Below, in pieces: positions 46,603 through 56,491 of a stretch of DNA of 64,000 bases. The notes under the pieces were generated by a model that did not search any database, had not been told where the DNA came from, and saw nothing but the letters and a program-made list of their open reading frames with translations. The stretch comes from a virus. Made by a program: the position numbers and the translations under genes. The stretch spans positions 1 through 64,000 of IMG/VR virus record IMGVR_UViG_3300050821_018287; one strand, written 5' to 3'. The first letter of the stretch is position 1. The number at the start of each line of letters is the position of its first letter.

Positions 46603-48326
46603 TTCCAGTCCTTGTCCGAGATGGGTTTGTCGAAGGACATCCCGCCTCCGCCGCCCTTCCCACCACCTCCGCCGCCACCCTTGCCCCCGCCACCCATCAT
46701 CAGCGCGTCCATCTCCTCCTGGCGCTCTTTCGTCTCCTTCTTGATCCGCTCCAGGAGGCTCGACACATCCTCCACCCGGAAGAAGGGCGCGACAAACTTC
46801 GAGGCGTGCTCGTCGTCGATGAGTGCGCCGGCCTTGGCCTGGACCGCGGCGGTGACGGACTGAACCACGTCGGAGATGACCGGCTCGAAGTAGGGGGGCC
46901 ACTGGAGCTTCAGCTCGGCGTCGAGCGCGTTCGGCCCCATCACCAGCTCCTCCATCGTCGTCTTGTCCCCCTTCTTCACCGCCTTCTTCGGGAGGAGGAG
47001 GCCCTTGGACACGGAAGTCTCGTTGCCCTCCTCGTCCGTCTCCGTCTCCGGCTGGGCCAGCTTCGCCGCAGCTTTCAACATCATCCGCAGGAGCGGCTTG
47101 ACGCCCTTCTCGCCGTACTGCTCACGGAGGATGTCCGCCTTCGCCAGCATCGAGCTGAACACGCGGTCAATCTCCGTCGCGGTCCGGTTCGCCATCTGCG
47201 GGTGTTCCAGGACGCACTGTGCCACTTCGAGCGCGAAGGCGCGGAGCTTGTCCACCATCTCCAGCGCCGCCTTCGAGCCCGAGCCGGTCATCTCCATGTA
47301 CCCGGCCGAGCCGCCCACCGGCACCTTCAGGGTCCAAGAGCTGCCCTTCTTCACCTCGGGGAGATCCGCGTTGGTCTCCACCATCAGCGTCGGATCGCAG
47401 TTGGCCAGGGTGCCCTTGTGCGCCTGGGCGATGAGCTGATCCATCCCCTCCATGATCTCGAAGATGCCCTGGCAGTCGGGATCCCCGTCCACGTCATCCA
47501 CCACCGGGAGATTCTGGACCCACACCACGGGGCAGAAGCCCAGCCCGTGCGTCACCGCGTCCTCCACCTCCCAGTGGGGCTCCTCCTCGGTGACGATGGC
47601 GGGCTTGAAGAGGATGTCCTGCTGGTCGGTGATGATCCGCCGGTACCAGAATTTCACCTCAACGTAGAGCCCGGTCTTCGGGTCCTTGATCTCCCTGGGG
47701 TACTGGTAGCGCTTCTCGATGCCCTTGAGGGTGAGAGTCGTCCGGTCCGCCCACTCCGCGTGGGTCCAGCGCGCGTCGTGGATCTCGATGAGGGGCTTGC
47801 CGTCGATGAACTTGAAGCCAATGGCCACTGTCCCCTGGCCGCCGCCGAAAGCCCGCGCCTGGATCATCGCCGCCCAGAGCCGCGCCGCCTCCGCGAGCGC
47901 GCGCACGTACTCCTCCGTCTCGGGATCTCCCTCCACGCGGATTTGGGGGTGGTGGCGCTCGGAGAAGAGGAGGCCCGTGAAGCGGTCCACGATGACCTTG
48001 CACAGGTTGTACGGGGCGCTCGGCCGCCGAAACTTCAGAGGCATCGTCTGGGCCCCGGCGTCTACGAAGCCGGGTGGGATCTGCTGGCCGGTGGCGATGG
48101 CCTCGTGGTCCAGAGCGTCAGCGTGCTCCGAGCCGTCCCAGTTGAACTTGCAGGGCTCGTAGTGGGCGCACTTGTACCAGCTCCACAGCCAGTTCAAGAG
48201 CTGCTGGCGCGGCGTCATCCCGAGCCGGCGGATCTTCTCCATCGCGTCGTCAGGGATGATCTGCCCGCCGGTGCCGGCGATGACGGAGCGGCCTGCGTCG
48301 GCCTCGACGACGGTAGCGCTGGACAT
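46599..48326 (-). CDS. portal protein (SPP1 gp6-like)
   Basis: NLCKVIVDRFTGLLF, HGLGFCPVVWVQN; downstream of terminase. Confidence 0.9.
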   Translation of the reverse strand: MSSATVVEADAGRSVIAGTGGQIIPDDAMEKIRRLGMTPRQQLLNWLWSWYKCAHYEPCKFNWDGSEHADALDHEAIATGQQIPPGFVDAGAQTMPLKFRRPSAPYNLCKVIVDRFTGLLFSERHHPQIRVEGDPETEEYVRALAEAARLWAAMIQARAFGGGQGTVAIGFKFIDGKPLIEIHDARWTHAEWADRTTLTLKGIEKRYQYPREIKDPKTGLYVEVKFWYRRIITDQQDILFKPAIVTEEEPHWEVEDAVTHGLGFCPVVWVQNLPVVDDVDGDPDCQGIFEIMEGMDQLIAQAHKGTLANCDPTLMVETNADLPEVKKGSSWTLKVPVGGSAGYMEMTGSGSKAALEMVDKLRAFALEVAQCVLEHPQMANRTATEIDRVFSSMLAKADILREQYGEKGVKPLLRMMLKAAAKLAQPETETDEEGNETSVSKGLLLPKKAVKKGDKTTMEELVMGPNALDAELKLQWPPYFEPVISDVVQSVTAAVQAKAGALIDDEHASKFVAPFFRVEDVSSLLERIKKETKERQEEMDALMMGGGGKGGGGGGGKGGGGGMSFDKPISDKDWK

Positions 48327-48329
48327 TGG

Positions 48330-48653
48330 CTAGTGGCTCTCGCCCGAGGTGCTGGTGGAGATGATGTAGGTGCCGCCCGGCGCGAGGAACGGATTGGGCG
48401 CAGTGGCCGGCCCCGGAGGCACGATGCCGATCGGCGCGGCCCCCGGCAGCGCCGGCCCTGGGACGAAGCCGGGGATGCCCCACGGGATCGGCGCAGCACC
48501 AACCCCGCCAATCATCCAGTTGGCCGGGACATCCCCGATGAGAGCCGAGCGCGCGAGATCCGCCTTCAGCTCGGAAAGCTCCTCGCGCAGAGCTTTCACC
48601 TTCTTCTTCAGGGTGCGGTAGCGCTTGACCAACTTTCGGAGGAGCGGGATCAC
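48330..48653 (-). CDS. hypothetical protein (basic coiled coil plus Pro/Gly tail)
   Basis: Overlap coupling; codon usage. Confidence 0.6.
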   Translation of the reverse strand: MIPLLRKLVKRYRTLKKKVKALREELSELKADLARSALIGDVPANWMIGGVGAAPIPWGIPGFVPGPALPGAAPIGIVPPGPATAPNPFLAPGGTYIISTSTSGESH

Positions 48654-48982
48654 GGCTCCAGCTTACCCCGCGGCGCGTCCGAAAACATCGCCGACGCTTC
48701 CGGCCGGCGCAAGCCCGGGAAGACGCGGGGCACGTACACCTCGCTCCCGCTCAACGTCTGGCCCGGGTTGAACTGCGTCTTCGTTTGCATCCGCAGGTTC
48801 AGCTTCCCGTGGAACAGGATGCGCAGCCGGTCCAGGAAGGACACCCTCACCTCGACTCGGGTGTGGATGGCGTTCGTCCACAGGACACCCCCGAGCGCCT
48901 CCGCGGCCAGCGACGCGCGGTTGTGCGGGGTGTCCGCCACCCCCGACAACCCACCGGCTTCCTCTTTCGGGAGAGCATTCAC
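48650..48982 (-). CDS. hypothetical protein
   Basis: GTG start near 48982; FLDRLRILFHGK motif. Confidence 0.6.
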   Translation of the reverse strand: MNALPKEEAGGLSGVADTPHNRASLAAEALGGVLWTNAIHTRVEVRVSFLDRLRILFHGKLNLRMQTKTQFNPGQTLSGSEVYVPRVFPGLRRPEASAMFSDAPRGKLEP

Positions 48983-49164
48983 CGATCCTTCTCCACTACG
49001 TCCTGAAGATGAGGATCCCCCATCGAGCCCTGGACGAGAGGCCCGTTGATCTTCCCCAGGACTTTGACGATCGTGTCCAGCACCCATTCCGTAAGGCGAC
49101 CAATACGCGTGTCTACCCGGACCTCGATGAACCAGCTCGCCACCGGCACCCGGACGACCCTCAC
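48979..49164 (-). CDS. hypothetical protein
   Basis: Overlapping start and stop codons. Confidence 0.45.
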   Translation of the reverse strand: MRVVRVPVASWFIEVRVDTRIGRLTEWVLDTIVKVLGKINGPLVQGSMGDPHLQDVVEKDR

Positions 49165-49814
49165 GGCTGCCTCTTGTAGAAGGAGTCCCGCCAAGCCTCC
49201 GCGGCCTTCTTCCACGTCGGGTCCGCGTTGTCCCAGCTTCCCCCGTGAGCGTTGGAGAGAAGCCCCCAAGCCACGTCCAGCGCGTGCTGATCCGGCGCGG
49301 GTGTCCGCGCCACCGCCCGGTCGCCAAGCCGATCCGCCTCAACGGCGAAACCGAGCGCCTTGCCGATGGCCTCGATGTTCCGGAGCGTCGTCGCCGTGTC
49401 CAGGCCCTTTCCCTTCGAGATGGCCACGGCGCCAGCGGCGAGGATGTCCTGGGCCGCCTTGAGCAGGCCCGCCGCCACCAGCTTCGCCAGGGCTGCCTGC
49501 TGCGTCTCCAGCCCCGCCAGCATCTTCGCCTGAAGCTCGGGGCTCAGCTCAGTCCCCGCTTGCGACGTCGGGCTCGGCTGGGCGGGGTGGACTGGGCTCA
49601 CCTCCGCCTCCGGGTGCTCCGGGCAGCTCTCCCCGGACGACAGCTTCCGGCCGCAGTGCTTGCAGTACCGCGCCGTCACCGCCTCCGGCCCCGTCGGCGT
49701 TCCCCCGTACAGGGACGTCGGATCCCCCGTCACCCGGCGGTCCGGCATGCTCGCCTCCACTTTCTTTCGCTTCGCGTCGTCCGCCAGCGCCCTCTCCAGC
49801 TCCGTGCCTTCCAT
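49161..49814 (-). CDS. Zn-ribbon-containing hypothetical protein
   Basis: GGAGGAG RBS; YCKHCG...CPEH. Confidence 0.7.
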   Translation of the reverse strand: MEGTELERALADDAKRKKVEASMPDRRVTGDPTSLYGGTPTGPEAVTARYCKHCGRKLSSGESCPEHPEAEVSPVHPAQPSPTSQAGTELSPELQAKMLAGLETQQAALAKLVAAGLLKAAQDILAAGAVAISKGKGLDTATTLRNIEAIGKALGFAVEADRLGDRAVARTPAPDQHALDVAWGLLSNAHGGSWDNADPTWKKAAEAWRDSFYKRQP

Positions 49815-49974
49815 TCGACTCCTCCGCTTTGGTGCAGGCCTCACACCAGAGAATGAACGTCTCGTGCGCAGCTTCCTTCCTCCGGTACGCCTGGAGGGCA
49901 TCGGGAAAGACCTCCTGCCCGCAGGCGGTGAAGCCGTTGGGAAGGATGATGTGACCGCTCGCGTCTTCGACCAC
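49549..49974 (-). CDS. small Zn-finger-like protein (long 3' overlap, extent uncertain)
   Basis: GH...TACG...CEAC within the first 55 aa. Confidence 0.4.
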   Translation of the reverse strand: MVEDASGHIILPNGFTACGQEVFPDALQAYRRKEAAHETFILWCEACTKAEESNGRHGAGEGAGGRREAKESGGEHAGPPGDGGSDVPVRGNADGAGGGDGAVLQALRPEAVVRGELPGAPGGGGEPSPPRPAEPDVASGD

Positions 49975-50023
49975 CGTACACCCCCTGAAGGGAATACCCC
50001 TACCACCGAGCCGGCCTCCCGCG

Positions 50024-51544
50024 CTACCTCACCGTCAAGTTGCCGGGGAGCACCGACACCTTCTCCGCGCCCATTCGGATGCCCTCGCGCGCGAACCACG
50101 CCGCCATCATCCGGTCCGGCGTGTGGCCGTCGGGCTTGTAGAACAGCATGTCCTGGATCCACACCGCCACTTCCTTCTCCACCTTCCCCTGCCCCAGCAC
50201 GTTCGGCGGCGGGCACATGATGGGGCCGGTGGAGGGGATGGCCCATTTCCCCTGGCTCATCTCCGCGGCGATGGACTCGATGCCGAATTCCGGGTGCGCC
50301 TTGTTCCGGCCGGTGGTGTGGGCCCGGAGCGGAAGCGCGGCCTGGTTGCGGGTGAACTGGAGGATGAAGTCCTGGGCGGCGTTGTTCTCCACGACGACGA
50401 AGGAGAAGAAGCGCCGGTTGACGTCGATGATGCGATCCACAATCTCCGGCCCGGTCCACTTCCCCGCGAGGATCTCCAGCGGCACCCGCGTCTGGTCCGG
50501 CAAGAGGAGGAGCGTGAAGAACACGGTCCAGTCCGCCGCCGCGTGCTGCTGAACCGCGAGGTCCACCCCCGTGTACGTCTTACACCCGGGGGGCATCGTC
50601 TGGAGCCCGTAGCACTGGAGCCCATTCCACAGGGCGAAATTCTTGAACTTCACGGGCGCGTCCGCCCCCGCGGCGATGCACCGGTCAATCCACTCACGCT
50701 TGAAGCGGGCCTCGGCGTCGTCCCGCGCCAGGCACAGAAACTGCCGCGCGAATTCGATCGGCGGCATGATGGCCTTCTTCGCCGCAATCCGCTCCTCCGG
50801 CCAGGCCGCCTTCCACCGCGGCTTCCCCTCGTTGTCCACGACGGGGTACCGGAAGCTGGACCAGCCCGGCGACTTCGCCAGCCGGTGCATCAAGTCTTCC
50901 GGATGGAAGGCGGTGCCGACGAAGATGATTCGGGCGTCCTTCGTGAGCCGGCCTTCGAGGGTGGCGTGGAACCAGTCGTACAAGTCCTGCATCGCCGTGG
51001 CGGTCCGGCAATTCTCGAAGTCGAGGATGTCGTCGAGGATGAGCCTGTCAATACGGGCGCCGAGGATGGTGCCGTGGACGCCCACCGCCTGGACGCTGGG
51101 ATCCTTCGAGCGGTTCCCCACCACGTAGAGCTGCTGGTTGGTCCAGGGCGTGGCCGGGCGCAGCTCCGGGAAAACCTCGTGCAGCTCCGGGCTCGTCTCG
51201 ATGTACTGCCCCACCATCCTCACCAGCTTCTCCGACTGCTTGTAGGCGTTGGAGACGATGGCGCAGCGCAACGTCGGGTCTTTCCCCAACTCGTGCAGCG
51301 TCCGGGCGATGGAGAGCTGAGTGGTCTTCCCGTGCTCGACCGCGCTCCAGAGGATGAGGCGGTTGTTCTTGTCCGCCAGCTCGTGCCACGCCTGGTGCAC
51401 CGGGGCCTGACGCAAGGGTCGCCCCGTCTTCTCGTCGCGCATGACGGCGGTGACGAAGGAGTTGATGTCGGTCCGCGCGTGGCGGAAGACGAGCGCGCGC
51501 GGGCTTCGGTCCAGCGGTGTCGTGAGGAGCGGGGAGAAGCTCAT
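50024..51544 (-). CDS. terL: terminase large subunit
   Basis: Walker A EHGKTT, Walker B LILDD, GTAFH coupling motif, RNase H GVDLA / DRMMA. Confidence 0.93.
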   Translation of the reverse strand: MSFSPLLTTPLDRSPRALVFRHARTDINSFVTAVMRDEKTGRPLRQAPVHQAWHELADKNNRLILWSAVEHGKTTQLSIARTLHELGKDPTLRCAIVSNAYKQSEKLVRMVGQYIETSPELHEVFPELRPATPWTNQQLYVVGNRSKDPSVQAVGVHGTILGARIDRLILDDILDFENCRTATAMQDLYDWFHATLEGRLTKDARIIFVGTAFHPEDLMHRLAKSPGWSSFRYPVVDNEGKPRWKAAWPEERIAAKKAIMPPIEFARQFLCLARDDAEARFKREWIDRCIAAGADAPVKFKNFALWNGLQCYGLQTMPPGCKTYTGVDLAVQQHAAADWTVFFTLLLLPDQTRVPLEILAGKWTGPEIVDRIIDVNRRFFSFVVVENNAAQDFILQFTRNQAALPLRAHTTGRNKAHPEFGIESIAAEMSQGKWAIPSTGPIMCPPPNVLGQGKVEKEVAVWIQDMLFYKPDGHTPDRMMAAWFAREGIRMGAEKVSVLPGNLTVR

Positions 51545-51825
51545 TCCAGCGAGCCCACCGTGGGGAGCCGCGGGGAGCACGCCCAACGACGACACAGCGA
51601 CAGCCTCCCCGCCAACGCGTGGGTGTGAGGGATGGCGCCGATGGGGTTGACGTCGGTGTGACGGGAGACGAGGTGGCGAAGGAGATCGTCCGCGTCCTCC
51701 CGCGTCATCTTCATCTCGTTCAGCTTCCCCTCGATCGGCTCCCACCCGCTCATCATCAGGAGCGCATCCAGCTCGTCGAGGAGCGGCGCCGCGAGGACAG
51801 GGTGAAAGCTCACGTCACCCCTCAC
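51541..51825 (-). CDS. hypothetical protein
   Basis: Fills the gap with overlaps. Confidence 0.5.
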   Translation of the reverse strand: MRGDVSFHPVLAAPLLDELDALLMMSGWEPIEGKLNEMKMTREDADDLLRHLVSRHTDVNPIGAIPHTHALAGRLSLCRRWACSPRLPTVGSLE

Positions 51826-52489
51826 AGAGCAAGTAGCGATCCGTCTCCGGACGATCCGCGAAGCCCGAGTCAGCGCGCTCCGCGCGGACGTGAACGTGAA
51901 GCTCCTCGCTCACCAAGCCCTTCCGATGCAGAGCCCAGATCGCCCCGCGTACCTCTTCGGCGGTGAACGTCCCGGCGTTGAGCGCCCGCTCCAACACCGC
52001 ATTCGGCGCGCCCAACCGCGCCAAAGCCTCCAGCTCCAGAACGAGCGGGACGCTGGCGCCGGTGGAGCAGAAGACTTTGCCCATGACCTTCTCGAAACCC
52101 TTCGCTCGCTTCGCTACAGCCACTCCCGCCGCCGCCGCCTCGTCACAGCATACGCGGGCATTCTTCCCTGGATCGAACGGAGCCGCGGGCCGAACGAGCG
52201 GGTGGATTCCGGATACGAATCCCCAGCCGGTGCCGGTGGGGAGCTTCGTGTAGCCTGTCTGCTTACACCAATCGGGAACGTGGAACGTGGGTGCTGGAGC
52301 CTCACCGCGGGCGACCCGCCCCAGGTTCGCCTGGTAGACCGGAACGTCCCCCGAGCCCACTACCTTCCAGCCGGCCGCCTTCTCCAGCGCAGCTTTGAGT
52401 GTCCGGATCTTCGAAACCGTGAGGGGCCCAACCCTCAGTTCCAAGTCAGTGGACGGCCCCATTGCCGGTACTTTGAACTGGTACGCCAT
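51815..52489 (-). CDS. hypothetical protein (possible C-terminal winged helix)
   Basis: FTAEEVRGAIWALHRKGLV. Confidence 0.55.
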   Translation of the reverse strand: MAYQFKVPAMGPSTDLELRVGPLTVSKIRTLKAALEKAAGWKVVGSGDVPVYQANLGRVARGEAPAPTFHVPDWCKQTGYTKLPTGTGWGFVSGIHPLVRPAAPFDPGKNARVCCDEAAAAGVAVAKRAKGFEKVMGKVFCSTGASVPLVLELEALARLGAPNAVLERALNAGTFTAEEVRGAIWALHRKGLVSEELHVHVRAERADSGFADRPETDRYLLCEG

Positions 52490-53438
52490 CGCTTTCCGCC
52501 CCTGCGCCTTCGCGCTCCTTCTTTTCCCTCGCCCGCCGCACGGAGTCTAGCGCCGCCTCCGCCCAAGTCTCCTCCTCCTCCAGCGTCGCCTCCTCCACCA
52601 TCGACAACCCCGCCACCTCGGTCGGCTCCCCCACCCTGAGACGTTCCACCTGAAGCGCGAGCATGACGCTGCGCTCCGCGGCCATCGCGAAGTGGCCCAG
52701 CTCCCGCAAGCATCGGACGATCTGGAGCGGCGTCAAAACCGTCGCCTTGTCCTCGATGAGCGTCTTCAGCCGCGCGGCCAGGGCGCGCCCCTGCTGGAGC
52801 GTCTCCGTGGCCACCGCCACCGCAGTCACCGCTACCTTCCGCCCGAGCTTCGCCCCCACCGCCTCGTCCGCCATCGTCTCCGCGGCGTCCACCTTCGCCT
52901 TGTCGAGCAAGTCCGCCATCCGCCGCTTCGCGTCCTGCTCTGCCTGGGCCAGGCGCGCCGTCGCGGCAGTCTCAGCCTCGGCCGCCTTCTGGAGCGCGAG
53001 CGCCTCCGCCTCCTTCAGCTTCAGCTCCGCGCCGGAGAGCTTCCCCTCGGCGTCAGCCAGGCCCGACTCAGCCAAGGCGCGCAGCTCGGCCGCTTCCTTC
53101 GCCGCGGCGACCCGGAGCGCCTCCGCTTCCGCCTCCGCCTTCTCGCGGATGGCGGTGGCCTCCAGCGCGGCCTCGGAGGTGGCCTTGGCGATGATGCTCT
53201 CACGCAGCCCTTCCGCGGTCAGCTCCTGGCGCGCGGCGCGGAGCGCCAGGTGCTCGTCCTTCAGGACTTGCTCAATGGCGGAGAAGCCGTGTTGGGCCCA
53301 CCCCCGCGCCCAGCCCCGGCGCGCTGTCTCGAAGGCGCAGCCGGCGGCCACCGCGGCGTAGCGATGCTGACCGGGCGCCTCCCGGTACGCCTTCAGGAGC
53401 GCCTCGTAGAATTCTTTCGTGATGGGACGGCGAGCCAC
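52446..53438 (-). CDS. putative terminase small subunit with a long coiled coil
   Basis: N-terminal HTH-like segment (AAVAAGCAFETARRGW); Ala/Glu coiled coil; first gene of the packaging block. Confidence 0.5.
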   Translation of the reverse strand: MARRPITKEFYEALLKAYREAPGQHRYAAVAAGCAFETARRGWARGWAQHGFSAIEQVLKDEHLALRAARQELTAEGLRESIIAKATSEAALEATAIREKAEAEAEALRVAAAKEAAELRALAESGLADAEGKLSGAELKLKEAEALALQKAAEAETAATARLAQAEQDAKRRMADLLDKAKVDAAETMADEAVGAKLGRKVAVTAVAVATETLQQGRALAARLKTLIEDKATVLTPLQIVRCLRELGHFAMAAERSVMLALQVERLRVGEPTEVAGLSMVEEATLEEEETWAEAALDSVRRAREKKEREGAGAESDGVPVQSTGNGAVH

Positions 53439-53509
53439 GGAGCCTTTCCAGCCTCCCGCATCTTACAGGACGGGTCAAGCTCCCCGCCAATTCGGAAGAA
53501 TGCAAGCCC

Positions 53510-53824
53510 CTAGGAACGCTTGAGAACCAGCATCACCGCCGCCGCCTTCACCGCCTCCACCAACCCATTCATCGTCATGTGGTACTGCACTTCCCGCTCC
53601 TCCACTTCGAGCCGCCACGGTCTCCACGCCACCCGGGACACCACCAGCAAGCACTCCCCCGTCTTGGTCTCAAAAGTTATGTAAAATTTCCCCAGGCGTT
53701 GCCGCCGCTGCGACTTCCGGGCTGGAACCACTTCCCATCCGCCCGGTGGATACGCGGCGGTGGACACGAGGCCCGTCTCCGCCTTCAGGAGGCCCATCAC
53801 GCGATTTGCTTCATTCTCGGACAA
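53510..53824 (-). CDS. array protein 15 (subfamily A)
   Basis: N-terminal EANRVMGLL; C-terminal MTMNGLVEAVKAAAVMLVL. Confidence 0.6.
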   Translation of the reverse strand: MSENEANRVMGLLKAETGLVSTAAYPPGGWEVVPARKSQRRQRLGKFYITFETKTGECLLVVSRVAWRPWRLEVEEREVQYHMTMNGLVEAVKAAAVMLVLKRS

Positions 53825-53825
53825 G

Positions 53826-54176
53826 CTACTGGCTCCCTCGGAGCCAAGCCCGCGCAATTCTTACCTTCATCTCCCAGACGACATCCCGGAGCGTCGCATG
53901 CTTCGAGTCGGGCTCATTCCGGTAGACGAGGGAGATGCTCAGCACCCACCGCGCCTTGTCCCGGTAGAGCCAGCCCTCGTGGATGGGGGGAGGCTCCATG
54001 TGGGTGATGCGGATCCACGCAATCGGCCCCACCGTCCCGAAGGTGAAGACGACCGCCCGTGCACCTTTCACTCCTGGCGTCCCAGAGGTTCCAATAACCT
54101 CCGACTGCCAGAAGGTGCCCCGCTCGAACTAAGCCTTCACCGCCTTCAGGACTCTCCCCGCCGAGGTCAGCTTCAT
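53826..54176 (-). pseudogene. array protein 14 interrupted by an in-frame TAG (54131-54129)
   Basis: MKLTSAGRVLKAVKA*FERGTFW aligns with its neighbour MTPSSARRVIRVVLARFEPGTFR. Confidence 0.65.
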
Positions 54177-54583
54177 CCCACCTCCAGGGCCCGCCGCGCC
54201 ATCTGCGCTTTCATTTCTTGTACAACTTCTGAAAGCCGACGGTGGTAGGTGCTGGGACCGTCCACTACCACCGATCTCTCCCCCATCCCAGCGTCCGGGT
54301 TGCGTTTGAGCCCGGAGAGGTTCCACCCCTTCAAGAAGCCCACCGGGCTCTCCCACGTCACGAAGCTCCCCATTCTCCCCTTTGGATCCAGCCGGTTGAG
54401 AAGGAAGCGCGCCCACCCATCCCAGGACGGGAGGGTGAAGGAGATCGCCCGCGGAGAAGCCTCTCCCCCACCCTTCGACTGGCGCTCCCGAAGCGGGGGA
54501 ACCACCTGCCCATGCCGGAAGGTCCCCGGCTCGAAGCGGGCCAGCACCACCCGAATGACGCGGCGCGCCGAGGAGGGTGTCAT
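54173..54583 (-). CDS. array protein 13 (subfamily A)
   Basis: ATGA coupling; RRLSEVVQEMKAQMARRAL. Confidence 0.7.
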   Translation of the reverse strand: MTPSSARRVIRVVLARFEPGTFRHGQVVPPLRERQSKGGGEASPRAISFTLPSWDGWARFLLNRLDPKGRMGSFVTWESPVGFLKGWNLSGLKRNPDAGMGERSVVVDGPSTYHRRLSEVVQEMKAQMARRALEVG

Positions 54584-54879
54584 AGGCCCGACAGTGCCCG
54601 GTACGCGAGGTGGGCCTGAATCGCCTGGACAGCCTCCAGAAGCGTCCGAACGGGGATGTTGGGCTCCGCGTACCGGAACGCGCTCACAATCCAACAGCGG
54701 CCCGCCAAGAGCTTCTGGCGCTGCAACGTGTAGACGACCTCCCCGCTCGTCCCGGCCACCGGAAATTCGAGCGTCTCCCCCGCCCGGTTCGCCCACCACC
54801 GCACGCTCGGGTGCGCGAAGGCTCCCGAGAGCCGCCTCTGCACCGCGTACACCACCCGCCAGGCCGAAGCGTGGGTCAC
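54580..54879 (-). CDS. array protein 12 (subfamily A)
   Basis: THASAWRVVYAV; RTLLEAVQAIQAHLAYRAL. Confidence 0.7.
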   Translation of the reverse strand: MTHASAWRVVYAVQRRLSGAFAHPSVRWWANRAGETLEFPVAGTSGEVVYTLQRQKLLAGRCWIVSAFRYAEPNIPVRTLLEAVQAIQAHLAYRALSGL

Positions 54880-55214
54880 GGCCTCTCCAAGCACATCCGC
54901 GCCAGCTCCGCCTGGACGAGCCCGACGACCTGGGAGAGGTTCAAAATCCAGCCCGTCGGATCCTCCGAGGTCCAATGGAGCTGTCGGACGGAGTGGCGCA
55001 CCTGCCACACCCGGCGGTACTTCGGGCTGTTGGAGGGAAAGAGCTGGGGGAAGATGTGCCTCGGGAGCCGAATGCGCCGAAGGATGAAGACGCAGGGATC
55101 CCCCGGAGCCTGGACGTGCACGGTCAAGTCGTGCCAGTCCGAGCTGGACAAGACGCACCGAAAGCCCGGCCCGAGGGCACGGTTCAGCACCTCCATCACC
55201 AACCGCTCCGTCAC
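54876..55214 (-). CDS. array protein 11 (subfamily A)
   Basis: LNLSQVVGLVQAELARMCL. Confidence 0.65.
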   Translation of the reverse strand: MTERLVMEVLNRALGPGFRCVLSSSDWHDLTVHVQAPGDPCVFILRRIRLPRHIFPQLFPSNSPKYRRVWQVRHSVRQLHWTSEDPTGWILNLSQVVGLVQAELARMCLERP

Positions 55215-55588
55215 GACAGCCTCAGAACGTGCTCGGCCACGCGTGCCTGAAGCTCGCAGTGCAGCTCCCGAAGGTGCTCGAACCGCCAAGGTACGAGCCG
55301 CCGTCCTTTCCCGAAGGGACCTTCATCCACGTACAGCCACCAAGAGGTGCCCCGCTCCTTGTCCACTCCGGGCCGGAAGGGGCGCCGATGGATCTCGAAG
55401 CGCTGCTCGGGCGTCCGGAATTCCACCGCAGGACGGATGATGCCAGTGCCGGGGATCGTCGAGTGGAGCTGGACCTGGACACACACCGTCCCGTCGTTGC
55501 GCTGCTCCACCCCAGCCCACCCCGCGTCGGAGGAGCCGAGAAGCTTGAGGACGAGCTGCATCGTTCGGTGGGCGCAACGCAGTGTCAT
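55211..55588 (-). CDS. array protein 10 (subfamily A)
   Basis: MTLRCAHRTMQLV; EHLRELHCELQARVAEHVL. Confidence 0.7.
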   Translation of the reverse strand: MTLRCAHRTMQLVLKLLGSSDAGWAGVEQRNDGTVCVQVQLHSTIPGTGIIRPAVEFRTPEQRFEIHRRPFRPGVDKERGTSWWLYVDEGPFGKGRRLVPWRFEHLRELHCELQARVAEHVLRLS

Positions 55589-55869
55589 TCCCCGCGCCTC
55601 AGCGCCCGATGCGCCTGATCCGCCTGAATCAGCTCGACCGCGGTGCGGAGACTCCGAGCGAAGTCGGCCAACCAAGGTGCCAACGTTCCCGTCTGCTGCT
55701 CCACCATCCACCCCCGGTGGCCCCGAACGATGGCCTTGTACAAGAGAAACTTCACCTTGGAGACGTACAGGATGAAACGCCCGTACCCGTCCGAGTGGAC
55801 CAGCTCCCCGCGAAGCTTGTCCGACATCAGGTGCACGCACCGAGCCTGCCTCGCGCGGGTCCAGCTCAA
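55585..55869 (-). CDS. array protein 9 (subfamily A)
   Basis: RSLRTAVELIQADQAHRAL. Confidence 0.65.
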   Translation of the reverse strand: MSWTRARQARCVHLMSDKLRGELVHSDGYGRFILYVSKVKFLLYKAIVRGHRGWMVEQQTGTLAPWLADFARSLRTAVELIQADQAHRALRRGE

Positions 55870-56177
55870 TCCAGCACCGTCGGATGCAAGTCGTGATTCT
55901 TCAGCACCCTCAGCGCCTCCGCCGCGCGCACCCGACGCTCCGCCCACTTCTTCGCCGCCTCCCGCGTCTTGTAGCGGCGCGCTGGTGGAATCGGCCATCC
56001 CCACCTCCAACCCTGCCGCTGGAAAAGGACGAGGAAGCGCCCCGTCACGAAATGGTAGGTGGACTCGTAGATGGTAGCGATGGCCCGCCAGGGCTCGAAC
56101 GGTCGCTCTCCGCGATCCCCGTCCAACAGGTACTCCTTGCCGCCGACCTCGCCCAAGCTGTTCCACTGAAGGTTCAC
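55866..56177 (-). CDS. array protein 8 (subfamily B)
   Basis: NLQW; YKTREAAKKWAERRVRAAEALRVL. Confidence 0.7.
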   Translation of the reverse strand: MNLQWNSLGEVGGKEYLLDGDRGERPFEPWRAIATIYESTYHFVTGRFLVLFQRQGWRWGWPIPPARRYKTREAAKKWAERRVRAAEALRVLKNHDLHPTVLD

Positions 56178-56491
56178 CGCTCCGACTCCAACGCGTGTCG
56201 AACCTCCGCGGCCATCTTCCCGTGGATCCGCCTCAGCCAGACCGCTCTCCACTTCTTCCAGCTCTCCGGCGATTCGACCGCGTAGTACACCCCGCCCTTT
56301 GGACCCATCGGCGCACCGAGAAGCGCGCCGAAGGTGTGGGCCGATCGCATCATGCTCGGAGAGAGCCGAGCGTAGTGGATGGGTCCTTTGAAAACGCCGC
56401 GGATCTCCAGCCACCAATCGAGCGGCATGTAGCAGCCGGACGGCGCAGGGGGCTTCGCCGGCACCCGAAGGGACGCGCTCCAGTCCGTCAA
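56174..56491 (-). CDS. array protein 7 (divergent)
   Basis: C-terminal KMAAEVRHAL; coupled overlaps. Confidence 0.55.
   Translation of the reverse strand: MTDWSASLRVPAKPPAPSGCYMPLDWWLEIRGVFKGPIHYARLSPSMMRSAHTFGALLGAPMGPKGGVYYAVESPESWKKWRAVWLRRIHGKMAAEVRHALESER

Noticed and set aside
2947-51628. Many long + strand ORFs (e.g. 12672..15122, 25819..28176, 35581..37422, 46806..49049)
   Set aside because: They are antisense shadows of real - strand genes caused by high GC3; Arg/Gly-rich with no motifs
53459-53492. Promoter upstream of the packaging block
   Set aside because: TAAGAT is a plausible -10, but the candidate -35 boxes sit at 7 or 19 nt spacing, so it is not supported well enough
54129-54131. 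Genome-wide TAG recoding
   Set aside because: Many confident genes end at TAG with the next gene or a gap immediately after (2803, 3634, 6911, 25930); only one internal case was seen
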